Source: Ostreococcus lucimarinus (taxonomy: Eukaryota). Taken from it: DNA of 64,000 bases. The number at the start of each line of letters is the position of its first letter. Within the stretch, counting starts at the first letter, position 1. Made by a program: the position numbers and the translations under genes. The notes under the pieces are model-generated. The model saw only the letters and a program-made list of their open reading frames with translations. It did not search any database and was not told the origin of the DNA. Location: assembly GCA_000092065.1 (NCBI GenBank), contig CP000594.1, one strand, 5' to 3'. Positions 16,183 to 26,400 of the stretch are shown piece by piece.

Positions 16183-18393
16183 TTAGTATGAACACCAGAC
16201 GACCGCCGGCGCGAGCTCCGTCTCCCCCGTGTACCCATTGTTCTTCAGCCACTCGAAGCACCCGTCGCGGTCAATTTCCCAATAGACGCCATTCTCGTCC
16301 CTACCTTGCCTCAGGTGGTCCTCGCGCATTGGGATCCTGTGGCCCTTTTCCTTCTTGAAGAAGTCCTTGAGCTTATTGCCGACCCTGGTCGCGCTATCTT
16401 GACCGCGCGTAGCCGCTGGCAACCACGTCTGGTATTCGATGAAGATGTCACTGTTGCGGATTTTATTTCCAACCCACTTCTCAGGGAATTCAACAGTGAC
16501 GCAATGCTCAAACCATCGAGTGAACTTGGGCATGCAGCCACGCTTCATTTCCGAATACGCGTCGGTCGTAGGTCTGTCTTTCACGTAGTCAAAAGTCGAT
16601 AGGTCGAGCCCCATGAGGTGGTCGTAGATCGCCCTCAAGTTCCTCAGATCCTTGATGTACACGTCGCGGAATTCCTTCAAGAATCCAGTCTGGTCGTTCA
16701 AGTGCGTGAGCAGTGGCTCCATAACGACGAACCGACGATCACTCATTTCCAGAAAAACGGGGTAGTCGTCGTTCGAGAAAAATAGGAACCCAACCAGATT
16801 CATGATGACGTACAGCTGCACGTGCTTCGGGTTGATTGTGAAACTCGTGTCCGTGAGCATCGATTTCAGCAACTTTCTATACATTTTCATGATGCACTCA
16901 TCTGCTTCGTTCAACGCGAGACACTTTTTGCCTTCAATCATGTTCGCATGCGTCCCAAATATGTCCTTTTTCGGATCAGCCGTCTCATGAAACGTCTTGC
17001 CCATGAGCGCATGAAGCAGGTGCAGGAAAGTGCCCTTGCCGGTACCTTGGACTCCTCGAAACACGAGCGACGTGATCGGCTTCTCTTCGGGTCTCTGGAA
17101 GAGACACGCGAACCAATTCAAAGCGTACTCGAGCGCATTTTCTGAACCGCCACATAGCACCAGGAGGAGCTCGAGGAAAGGCTTTACGTCGCCCTCTTTG
17201 CCCAGTTCACTGGGGATGCCTTCGACCGGATAGCCTCGCCACAGATTGTACGTCTTGTTGCTGCAGTTTTTCGGGACGACATCGAGGGTATCGTACACCC
17301 GTTTATTGTCGTCGTCGAGCCACTTTTCGATGAACCCGTTCTTCTTGCCTTTCCTCAAGACACCGTTCTCATCGACAAAGGAGAGTTCTCGATAGCGCCT
17401 CACCAAAGCGGCCTCGCTGAACTTGGTAATGTCCCCGGTGGTTCCATAACAGCTATCGTCGCAGAAGAGGTCCTTGGTTAAGATCTTTGCGACGTGCTTC
17501 TCGAACTCACGGCGGACCTCGATGTAGCCCGCAGACGTGCCCTCTTTGATTTCGTTCTGCTCCTTTTCGGTGATACCGGTCACCAAACACCCAACCTCAA
17601 AGCGAAACTGTCTGGGCTTGCAGTTGCCATGGTTTTTCACGGTGAGCACGCCGAGACCGACCTCGGCGACGTAAAAGTGATTCCCACCGCCCCTTCCATT
17701 GCCTTCGTGGAAGCCCCCACAGCAAGGACATTGGCCCACAGTGGTGCCTCGCTGTGGGCGACATTGGTCGCATTCAAAATCATACGATGTCGCTCCACTG
17801 AGCCAATGTATGCCCGTGAACCCCATTTCCTCGAGCAAAGGTGTCACAGATGCTTGCGTAAAGCTGCACTCCGTGTCCGCGCGTTCGACCTTGTGACCGA
17901 CTTTGCCATCAAGGAAACTGTACAAATCGTTGGGCATCGGTGGTAAATTGTTGATGTCGCCTCGGAGTAGCTCGTAGCCCGGGGCATCGGCACCGACCAC
18001 GTAGTTACCCGTCGTACGGATATCGACGAACCCTTCGATGCCCACCGTGCCTTTCCAATCGCCGAATCGTTCTTCGTCCCATGCGAAGTACGTGTGGTAC
18101 CCGCCTGATCGCGTTTTGACGATGTACGCGCCTTCCCCGCCAACCTTGCGCGTCAACATTTCTTCCGTCAGTTCAAACTCGCACTTGCCACCGTAACAAT
18201 CCCAGTCGATGACGAGGACACGGTTCGGTCGCCCTGTCAGCACGCCGTACATTTCTCCTGGGATGACTTTCTGCGTATTCTGTTCATAGTTTGCTTCATC
18301 GAGGAACCCTCTGCCGCATGTTGGCTCCTTGTTCTGGTCGAGTGGGATCAGATGCATGCCGTTCGTAAATTCTCTGGCGTCCATATATATCAC
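16183..18393 (-). CDS. PrimPol (AEP primase) / Zn-ribbon / D5-like SF3 helicase fusion protein, 736 aa
   Basis: Intact ATG ORF.
- AEP motifs: VIDWD, SGGYHTYF, DIRTTGNYVVG.
- Cys cluster: CDQCRPQRGTTVGQCPCCGGFHEG.
- Walker A is GVQGTGKGT, Walker B is LALNEAD and motif C is FFSND.
- A second copy at 44501-46711 differs at 13 of 736 aa. Confidence 0.9.
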   Translation of the reverse strand: MIYMDAREFTNGMHLIPLDQNKEPTCGRGFLDEANYEQNTQKVIPGEMYGVLTGRPNRVLVIDWDCYGGKCEFELTEEMLTRKVGGEGAYIVKTRSGGYHTYFAWDEERFGDWKGTVGIEGFVDIRTTGNYVVGADAPGYELLRGDINNLPPMPNDLYSFLDGKVGHKVERADTECSFTQASVTPLLEEMGFTGIHWLSGATSYDFECDQCRPQRGTTVGQCPCCGGFHEGNGRGGGNHFYVAEVGLGVLTVKNHGNCKPRQFRFEVGCLVTGITEKEQNEIKEGTSAGYIEVRREFEKHVAKILTKDLFCDDSCYGTTGDITKFSEAALVRRYRELSFVDENGVLRKGKKNGFIEKWLDDDNKRVYDTLDVVPKNCSNKTYNLWRGYPVEGIPSELGKEGDVKPFLELLLVLCGGSENALEYALNWFACLFQRPEEKPITSLVFRGVQGTGKGTFLHLLHALMGKTFHETADPKKDIFGTHANMIEGKKCLALNEADECIMKMYRKLLKSMLTDTSFTINPKHVQLYVIMNLVGFLFFSNDDYPVFLEMSDRRFVVMEPLLTHLNDQTGFLKEFRDVYIKDLRNLRAIYDHLMGLDLSTFDYVKDRPTTDAYSEMKRGCMPKFTRWFEHCVTVEFPEKWVGNKIRNSDIFIEYQTWLPAATRGQDSATRVGNKLKDFFKKEKGHRIPMREDHLRQGRDENGVYWEIDRDGCFEWLKNNGYTGETELAPAVVWCSY

Positions 18394-18695
18394 ATAAGAA
18401 AAGAATTCTTTAAGCCGTGTTTTTCCTGGTCACATCGGCGCGATGACTGATTTTCAAGTTTTTCAACAGCCTGGAAAAGCACGCCAGCGCGCCCCACTGG
18501 TCAACGTTTTGCCACTTTTTCGACGAGATCGGGGTACTGCAAAGCACACGGCGAAGACCCGAGAGATCAGCAGATCGACGAACTCCGCAGTGAGCTCAGT
18601 GACATCGTGTCAAGACTGGAGGCGGTGGAGAGCGCCTAATCATCGTTTTTCTATATCGCGCCATTCGTGGACAACAAAATATACGTCCACATATA

Positions 18696-19691
18696 TTAAC
18701 TCCCCGTGCTTGCCTCGTCCAAATTGGCATCGCCCATGCGCCGTCGAAGCGAAGACGTGTCATCTCCCGAACCACTGAGCGCCTTTAGCGCGCCCTCTAC
18801 GCCACGAAGCGCGCTGTAAAGAAGGTCTTGGGCGCCAACTTTGTTGTACCAATCTTGGAAGCTTTTGCACGCACAAAATTGCTTCTCAGGTCCCCATTCA
18901 GGCTGCCACTTTGGTACGTTACACTGACCATAACCATCATAGTTAACGTATCCATCAACGCTGAGGTTACTGCCATCGCAGCCAATGACACCCACAGGAT
19001 GAACAATGAAGCTACTTGAGCCACTTCGGTGGCCAACATACTGGGGTGGACATGACCCATAATTCCCACGATAATTCCACAGTGTGAGCCTCTGTTGTTC
19101 CATTTTCGCCTCGTAGCTGCGCAACGCATCGCTCAACTCCTCGAGGTTGCGTTCCAAAGATACACTAGTCCTTTTTCTTTTGTGTTGCTGGAGTTGTTCA
19201 GAGGCGTGTTCTTTTATGTCGGCAATTTTATCGGGCAAGCCTTTCAAATCTGCGATAACCGCATCCACATCGGCGCACATCGCGTTCAATGAATTGTCTT
19301 TCTCTTTTAATTTCGCACGAGTGTCCTCGATGTGCTGCGGGATAACCGACCGTCGCGTTTCGGAGATATTCTCGTCTTGTAGCTGCGCTTCCAGAACTCG
19401 GATATCTTTATCGATGCGCTCTACGGTGCGAAGATAACTCGCCCGTAAGAGGCGCTTGAACTCCTCGAGGCCGTCGGGCGTCGGTTTGTCATACTCGTCT
19501 CGTGATCTGGCGAATTTCTCGTAGCATGGGTCCTTGAAGAATGGCTTGTTCTTGTACGAGCGCTCGAGATCATCCTCCGCTGTTTTGACCGCCTCTGACT
19601 CCGCCGTGCCGTTCATCCAGTCCGGTTGCAGCGACGGGTCTAATGAGTTCGTTCTCCATGTCGGTGAGGCGTGCGCGACTGAATCGGTCAT
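18696..19691 (-). CDS. Coiled-coil protein with Cys-containing C-terminal domain, unknown function (331 aa from the first ATG)
   Basis: The track ORF 18696-19769 starts at a non-ATG codon inside the conserved 5' motif. The first ATG (MTDSVAHASP...) is at 19691, 62 nt after the motif. Confidence 0.6.
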   Translation of the reverse strand: MTDSVAHASPTWRTNSLDPSLQPDWMNGTAESEAVKTAEDDLERSYKNKPFFKDPCYEKFARSRDEYDKPTPDGLEEFKRLLRASYLRTVERIDKDIRVLEAQLQDENISETRRSVIPQHIEDTRAKLKEKDNSLNAMCADVDAVIADLKGLPDKIADIKEHASEQLQQHKRKRTSVSLERNLEELSDALRSYEAKMEQQRLTLWNYRGNYGSCPPQYVGHRSGSSSFIVHPVGVIGCDGSNLSVDGYVNYDGYGQCNVPKWQPEWGPEKQFCACKSFQDWYNKVGAQDLLYSALRGVEGALKALSGSGDDTSSLRRRMGDANLDEASTGS

Positions 19692-19719
19692 CGCGTGCGT
19701 CGATGAGTGGCGCCGACAC

Positions 19720-19751
<32 letters not shown>

Positions 19752-19753
19752 GC

Positions 19754-19780
<27 letters not shown>
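19754..19780 (-). promoter_or_regulatory. Conserved 27-nt 5' motif (reverse-strand copy)
   Basis: CGCTAAACCCTAGCAAAAATCGAGTTT is the exact reverse complement of the 27-mer at 5842 and 36494. The following leader resembles that of the 36586 gene up to the ATG. Confidence 0.6.
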
Positions 19781-19786
<6 letters not shown>

Positions 19787-19835
19787 TTGTCGATTTTTAA
19801 CACGTTTACAGTGGAACCTCTGCGGTTTTTGACGC

Positions 19836-19861
19836 CTAAACCCTAATTTCTAAACCCTAAT
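19836..19861. repeat. Two interstitial plant-type telomere-like units (CTAAACCCTAA x2)
   Basis: CTAAACCCTAATTTCTAAACCCTAAT lies directly adjacent to module R1 copy b. Confidence 0.6.
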
Positions 19862-20125
19862 GTGTAAATACGAGTACGACGTTTCATTAACCCATACGAG
19901 TACCCCCGAACGACGAGTCGTGACTCATACGGTAAAAATATCACGTCCCGCCGGTCCGGTCCCCATATACTATGGAATTTATGCTATTCAGCCCGCGCAA
20001 ACAGTCGGGTAGATTACTGTACAGTAATCTACCCGTATCTTACTGTACAGTAATCTGTGCGCGGAATCAGTAATCTGTACCCGGAATGACGCGGGATGTG
20101 GCGTAATCTATACCCGACATCCCGT
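19862..20125 (+). repeat. Intergenic module R1, copy b, with an expanded right part containing a 30-bp perfect palindrome
   Basis: The core matches 5690-5841. The right part holds four GTAATCT-containing units. CGGGTAGATTACTGTACAGTAATCTACCCG at 20006-20035 equals its own reverse complement. Confidence 0.65.
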
Positions 20126-20437
20126 GTTCTGTACACTGTGGGGCTTCAGGCCGCCGAGTATGATTAAGCCTATTTTGCATCACAATTGTCGGTCTACTCT
20201 TAACATTTGGCGGACTCGCGTTACATGCTATTCTGATCGAGTGGAATTTTCCATAGTTATTGTCCGTATGTTGAACGGCCCTCTCTTAAGATTGGGTGCG
20301 CATCTGAAGCGAGGCTTCCAGGATCTGAACAGTCGTGTACAGGTGGTTCGGTTAACGGCGTCTTCTGTACCCTCAGGTGGCGAACTTCATCTCCAAGATA
20401 TCAGGTTTTTGTGCCAAAACACACTCACTTCTTCGAC

Positions 20438-23400
20438 TCAACGGCTTGATTCCAAGGTCGAGCCGTAATCATACGCTCGCGAGCCTACGAACACCGCATC
20501 GCACTCGTTTATTGGCGCGCGTCGCGACTTACGACGTACAATCGCCACAAACGCAACAAAGGTAAACATCGCAAGGTACAGAGTTAATGTGAAGGGTCGA
20601 GGCGCCCCCAATCTGGCTCTCGACTGTTGCACGGCGTTACATTCGCACAGTTCCAATGCCTTGCTTCGTTGCTCGGCATTTTTCCAGTTACGCGTGAAGC
20701 TGACATTAAAGTTTGCGACTCCACGAAACATTTCGTCGACGTTCGCGTCAGCGCTCAATACCCACGAATTCAGATCTTGATTGAAACTTTTGGCGAAAGC
20801 AAACATCCGATGAAAGCTCTTGACGTTGGAGACGTTCCAATCGCTTAGGTTTTGATTGAAATTTCGATTGTACGCGAACATTTCTGACATGTCCGTAGCA
20901 GACGCCGTGTTCCACGCACTGATGATGGTCGCCGCCGTCGATCCAACGCCATTCAGACTATCGTAATGTGTTTGAAATAGACTTCTGAAATTCCTCACCT
21001 CACTTGTATCCACCATGTTTAGAGGCCCAAATCTACAACAGTAGCTGTACTTCGAGAAATTCGACCCCATGCAGTTACTCCGAGCTGACTCTTGGCTTCG
21101 GCAGGAGCGTATCACTTGGTATAAACTCGAACGATCGCCACGAAGTGGTGATAAACCTTGCGCCGTACCAGAATACGCAAAGAGATCTATAAACTGTTGA
21201 TGATCGCTTCGGTGAGTATTGACTTGTTTTTCCTTGATATTTTCGGCAAATGACGGCGAACGATAGCTTGGATTCAGAAAGTAGGTGGAATGGAACATCC
21301 CGTAAGCGGTCGTAACCGAGGAAACATCCCACGTCCACTTTCGCAAATCGCGCGAGAATGCGCGCGCGCCATTGAACATGTATTGCATGTTCTGAACTTT
21401 TTTCACGTTCCATGACGACAAATCCTGATCAAAACTTGTCGCATATTGAAACATTTTCACCATCGTCCCGACTTGCGCGACATTCCAAGATCCGATTGAC
21501 GCGTTGAAGTCTCTCCGATTTTGGAAAAGTTCATTCATGTTCGTTACCCTACTGACATCCCACGTCTCCATGGTCCCAAACTGTAAGTCTCGACACATAC
21601 CTCCGACGGGATCGACTTCCAAACATTTATCTATGATATCATCGATGTTGTCGTTATCGATGTGCTCCATAACTTTGGTTTCAGCGATTTTCGGTTTCCA
21701 ATTGCACGGGGGGCCATGTCTCATGTTCGACTTGCTGATTGAGACGAGTTTGAAATCGAACGAGCTCCGTCTGCCTCTTGCATAGTGACTGAACCATTTG
21801 GTAACGCGAACTTCGTCCTTCAATGCGTACTTCACCTTCCACGCGGCGGCGTTCAGGAACATGTCACCCACGATTGGCTGCAGAACGGTCGATTGCGACG
21901 TTGCGTGCTGGGCGAGACAAACGTACTCGCCTCGAACGGCAGCTTCGCCGCGGCCCCAATTTGTAATGTCGGCATCAAACATCCAAGCGTCGTCAAACAT
22001 TTTATAAAAGTCTGTGACTGATCTCACGTTCCAATCCCCCAAGTCTCCGTTAAATTTATAGGCGTTGGAAAACATCTGGTTCATGTCTTCAACCTGGGCG
22101 ACGTTCCAAAGTTTCAAAGAGCCCCGGAATCGACGCGCGCCGTAGAACATGCGGAACATACTCGTGACTGAAGCAACGTTCCAGTTTTCGATATTGCCAT
22201 TGAAGTCGCGTGCGCCCGAGAAGGCTTCAGACATATCGAACACACCTGAAGTATTCCAGGTTGACATCGCGCCATACTTGGAGTCGACGCAAGCGCCATC
22301 AGTGGGATGTGTCTCCAAACATTTGCCGACGGCGTACAAGAAATTACCTTGATGTACTTCGGCGAAGGTTGATGAATTCGTTGAGTTCTTGCTCGTTGTA
22401 GGCACGGTGCACTTAGCTGGCGAAGCACGATTTGGTTTCTTCGCCAACCCAACACAGTCGACATCACCATATATGGCGTGGCGACCATATTTCCCGTCTT
22501 TGTCGCGCCCCCACTTGTAGCCAATTTTCGTATTGTATTCCAGGCAAGTGCGCGGCTTGCAGGTCCACTTCGACACGGGACCAGAGAGAGACCACGTTCT
22601 TCTACGTTCGTGGCCTTCGCGCGTGCATGCCTCAAGCCAGGCCGTCGCAAGACCAAACATATTGGCACTCCCCAACCTGTCCAGACTCGCGGAATCCCAC
22701 TTGGAGATATCTTGCGCAAACTTCGACGCGCCGTAAAACATCCCCTCCATATTGTACACGTTGCGTACGTCCCAATTGCCAATGTCTTGATTGAAACTCG
22801 AAGCGCCTTGAAACATGCGCAACATAAATGTTACGGAACTCACATCCCAAGCAGATATATCGCCATCGAACTGGTCTCTGCCCTTAAATGCCTCGCGCAT
22901 GTCGGTGACTCGGCTTACGTCCCAGCCAGACATACATCCGTGTCTAAATCCAGAGCAGTCTCCGTACTTTGGGTCTTCACTCAAGCATTCTTCAATCGCA
23001 TCATAGAAGACAGCATTTTCAATGTTTACGTGCTTTCGTTTCCAAACAATCGGTGGTCCATCACTTTTCCCTCCGACGGCGAGAGGATCGCGATAAAACT
23101 CCATTTGAAACTCCGTGATGCCGTCGAACATCTTCGTCGAAACTTCCAACGAAGCCGTCGACCAAGAAGTGACATCAGGAAAGTCTGGGACCACTACTCT
23201 GGAAAACATCTCGCGCATGTTTTTCACTTTTCGCACATTCCAGTGCGATATCTCTGATGGGATCTTTCCAAAGCGAACGCCCTTGAACATCATTTCCATA
23301 CTTGTAGCCGAACTCGTGTCCCATGAAGCAAATCCTGAAGGCAAGCGGGTAGTGCGATATCGCGATGAAAACATGCTCCTAAAGTTCGTTATACCAATGG

Positions 23401-26400
23401 TGCGCATGTTGGATACATCGCAGGTCGTCGACACGGGTGAATTCAAACCAGAAAACATGGAATCAGCATCGACGTTTGATCCGAAACTCCATGAGATGTT
23501 GACATCCGTGCACTCAGAACCCTTCATCATTGCCTTGATATCATTGGCAGAGTCTAGTTTCCACGCGCTCGCTTGACGAAGAATGGGTGGTTTTGAGAAA
23601 GCAAACGCGGATTGCATCTTCTGAACTCGTTTAGGATCCCATTTGCCAAGACCGTCGATGGCGTCGTGACCAATCCGAGCAAATGCAAGCTCCATGCTCT
23701 TCACATTCCTCACGTCCCAAGAACCAATATCGCCGATGCGTCCTTGATTTGTCATTTTGAAGAATATTCCGTCCATGTTGGTGACCGAGGAGACATCCCA
23801 ATGTTTGAACATATTGTGCCAATCACGCCCCAGACCACTGAAGGTGAACCGCATGCTCCGCACGCTACTTACATTCCACGCACCCAAGTTACCAAAAGTC
23901 GCTCCCGGTAGAATGACCACAGTGCGTGGAACATCTAATCTGAAACGCGTTTCGGAATGCGAAGATGCCTTCCATTCTCCCGTATCATTGAAATACCGTT
24001 CTCCATATCTGAAAATGTGGTAATTATAGCGCTGCATGAACATTGCATCCATGTTCACGACTGAACTCGTGTTCCACTGTGACAAGTCGCCCACGTCGCC
24101 TTCAAAATCCTCAAACATCGCACCCATGTCCGTCACGGAGCTCACGTCCCATCTCGACAGGTCACGTGAAAAGTTGGGCGCGTCCTTGTATGCAGCACCA
24201 AACTCTCCAGGGCTTGCTTGAAAGAATTTCCATCGCAAACATACGTAGCCGAACGTTCGGTAATGTCCCGGAAACGCGGCTTGGTCAAACTGAAAGTGGT
24301 TAACAGTACCAATTTTGAACGCGTACGACATGTCGGTTACTCGCGAGACATCCCATTCTGACATCGGCCCGTATCTCAATTCGCATGTCGTTAAATTCTT
24401 TCTGCATGCGATGATCGCGGTATAGAAATCATCATCTGTACGAGTCAAGTTGAGTGGTTTGGATACCAGAGCGCTCAAAAGTCGGCGTCCAAGTGGAAGC
24501 CGAACAGGATCGTCGATACTTTTACCCAAACGTGCGCTGACGCTCATCGCCGGCGACTTGGCGGAGGTGAGCTCCTCTTCGAGCCTTCGCAGCTTGGCCC
24601 GCAAACCTACAAGCCCTCGGTTCCTCGGATTGCGAGCCTCGATCCGCGCAATTTTTGTGCGGAGCTTTGTCATTTCCGGCGTCGGGCTCGGTGGCGGCGG
24701 GCTCGGACTTGTCGACGGCGTGTCGCCGAAGAGCTCCTCTTCGAGCCTTCGCAGCTTGGCCCGCAAACCTACAAGCCCTCGGTTCCTCGGATTGCGAGCC
24801 TCGATCCGCGCAATTTTTGTGCGAAGCTTTGTCATTTCCGGCGTCGGGCTCGGTGGCGGCGGGCTCGGACTTGTCGACGGCGTGTCGCCGAAGAGCTCCT
24901 CTTCGAGCCTTCGCAGCTTGGCCCGCAAACCTACAAGCCCTCGGTTCCTCGGATTGCGAGCCTCGATCCGCGCAATTTTTGTGCGGAGGTTTGTCATTTC
25001 CGGCGTCGGGCTCGGTGGCGGCGGGCTCGGACTTGGTGTAGTCGTCAGATAATCGATCGATGAGCTCGGCGATTGACTCGGACTCGGCGAGCTCTTCTCT
25101 TCGTCAGCGTCCTCCTCTTCGTCAGCATGTTCGACTTCGTCTTTGTCTGCCTCTTCGTCCTCCTCTTCGTCTGCATTGTAAGGCGATGGACTCGGACTCG
25201 GCGAGCTCTTCTCTTCGTCAGCGTCCTCCTCTTCGTCAGCATGTTCGACTTCGTCTTTGTCTGCCTCTTCGTCCTCCTCTTCGTCTGCATTGTAAGGCGA
25301 TGGACTCGGACTCGGCGAGCTCTTCTCTTCGTCAGCGTCCTCCTCTTCGTCAGCATCTTCGACTTCGTCTTTGTCTGCCTCTTCGTCCTCCTCTTCATCT
25401 GCATTGTAAGGCGATGGACTCGGACTCGGCGAGCTCTTCTCTTCGTCAGCGTCCTCCTCTTCGTCAGCATGTTCGACTTCGTCTTTGTCTGCCTCTTCGT
25501 CCTCCTCTTCGTCAGCATTGTAAGGCGATGGACTCGGACTCGGCGAGCTCTTCTCTTCGTCAGCGTCCTCCTCTTCGTCAGCATGTTCGACTTCGTCTTT
25601 GTCTACCTCTTCGTCCTCCTCTTCGTCAGCATTGTAAGGCGATGGACTCGGACTCGGCGCACTTGCTTGTGCGTCGATACCTGTATATTCTGGTTCATCG
25701 GATGGCGTGTAGTTCTGAAATGGTTCATACGAATCTGTGGTTGTATTCGTTTTACTCGACGCAGCACGATGACCGATGGTATCCGCGTCGACCTCAAAAC
25801 TAAAATTGCCATTAAGACGGAAACTGGACTCCTTAGAGTCAAGAATTGCTTGGTCGTCGTCACTCACGGATACTTTATCGAGAATTTTGAGCGAATGTAT
25901 CGTTGGTAGCGGAGCACCTAGTACACTGCGGCGTACGTCATGAAGACGATCGCGAGTGGACAGCAAACGACGGTGACTTGGGCTCGTGGCAGTACACATC
26001 TTGAACAGTTTCTCGTCGTGCAATGACGAATATAGTACCTTTTTGCTTCGGGCGAGCACATCAAAGCTTGAAGTAAGTAGCGCGTCTAAATGACTCGGTA
26101 TACCAACGCCCCTCACGGACGTTAACAATTCAAACGAAGAAGCTCGTGGCGGTAAACTTTTCAGCTTTTCACGCCTCGCCCACGGGAGAGGCTTGGCAAG
26201 GTCTACCATTTCTTCCTCACCGTCTTCATTTTCGCATTTCCCATCGTCGTCGTAGACGCACATTTGACAGGTTGTCTCGTTGATGCTTGCTACATACTTG
26301 AGCGGTAGTTCGGGCAGTACAATATTCTGTAAAAAGCCAGTCACGTTTCCCACGATACTCAAACCCTGCTCTGAATCGGGATATTTCCCCCAGAAATTGA

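Larger units (their letters stand above)
15149..18558 (-). mobile_element. PrimPol-helicase/GIY-YIG repeat family, copy A (both ORFs intact; both ends shorter than in copy B)
   Basis: About 3.4 kb colinear with 43461-46876 at a constant 28,318-bp offset across the helicase gene, with unrelated flanks. The left boundary is fuzzy within about 15148-15160. The right boundary falls after GGCGAAGAC at 18558. Confidence 0.85.

Noticed and set aside
15936-16358. The 140-aa ORF MTNLFCRPEIRQP... is conserved in all three spacers (also 44254-44676 and 5268-5636).
   Set aside because: Conservation is explained by the DNA repeat itself. The ORF runs through the AT-rich iteron block and then antisense into the helicase 3' end, and its length differs between copies (122 against 140 aa).
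18559-18638. A coding-looking tail (...EDPRDQQIDELRSELSDIVSRLEAVESA*) immediately outside copy A, as possible evidence of a disrupted host gene.
   Set aside because: Only about 28 codons are visible, with no upstream continuation in frame outside the element and no partner fragment on the other side of the copy. That is not enough to call a gene.
19836-19861. A true telomere or chromosome end.
   Set aside because: Only two imperfect units are embedded in unique sequence, and genes continue on both sides.
24450-25909. Highly regular direct repeats that could suggest a CRISPR-like or satellite array. Plus-strand ORFs (25060-25803, 25073-25909 and 24450-25052) also run across them.
   Set aside because: The repeats are contiguous with no unique spacers, lie in frame within the 5,156-aa minus-strand ORF and encode sensible acidic or coiled-coil units. 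The plus-strand ORFs are antisense artefacts.
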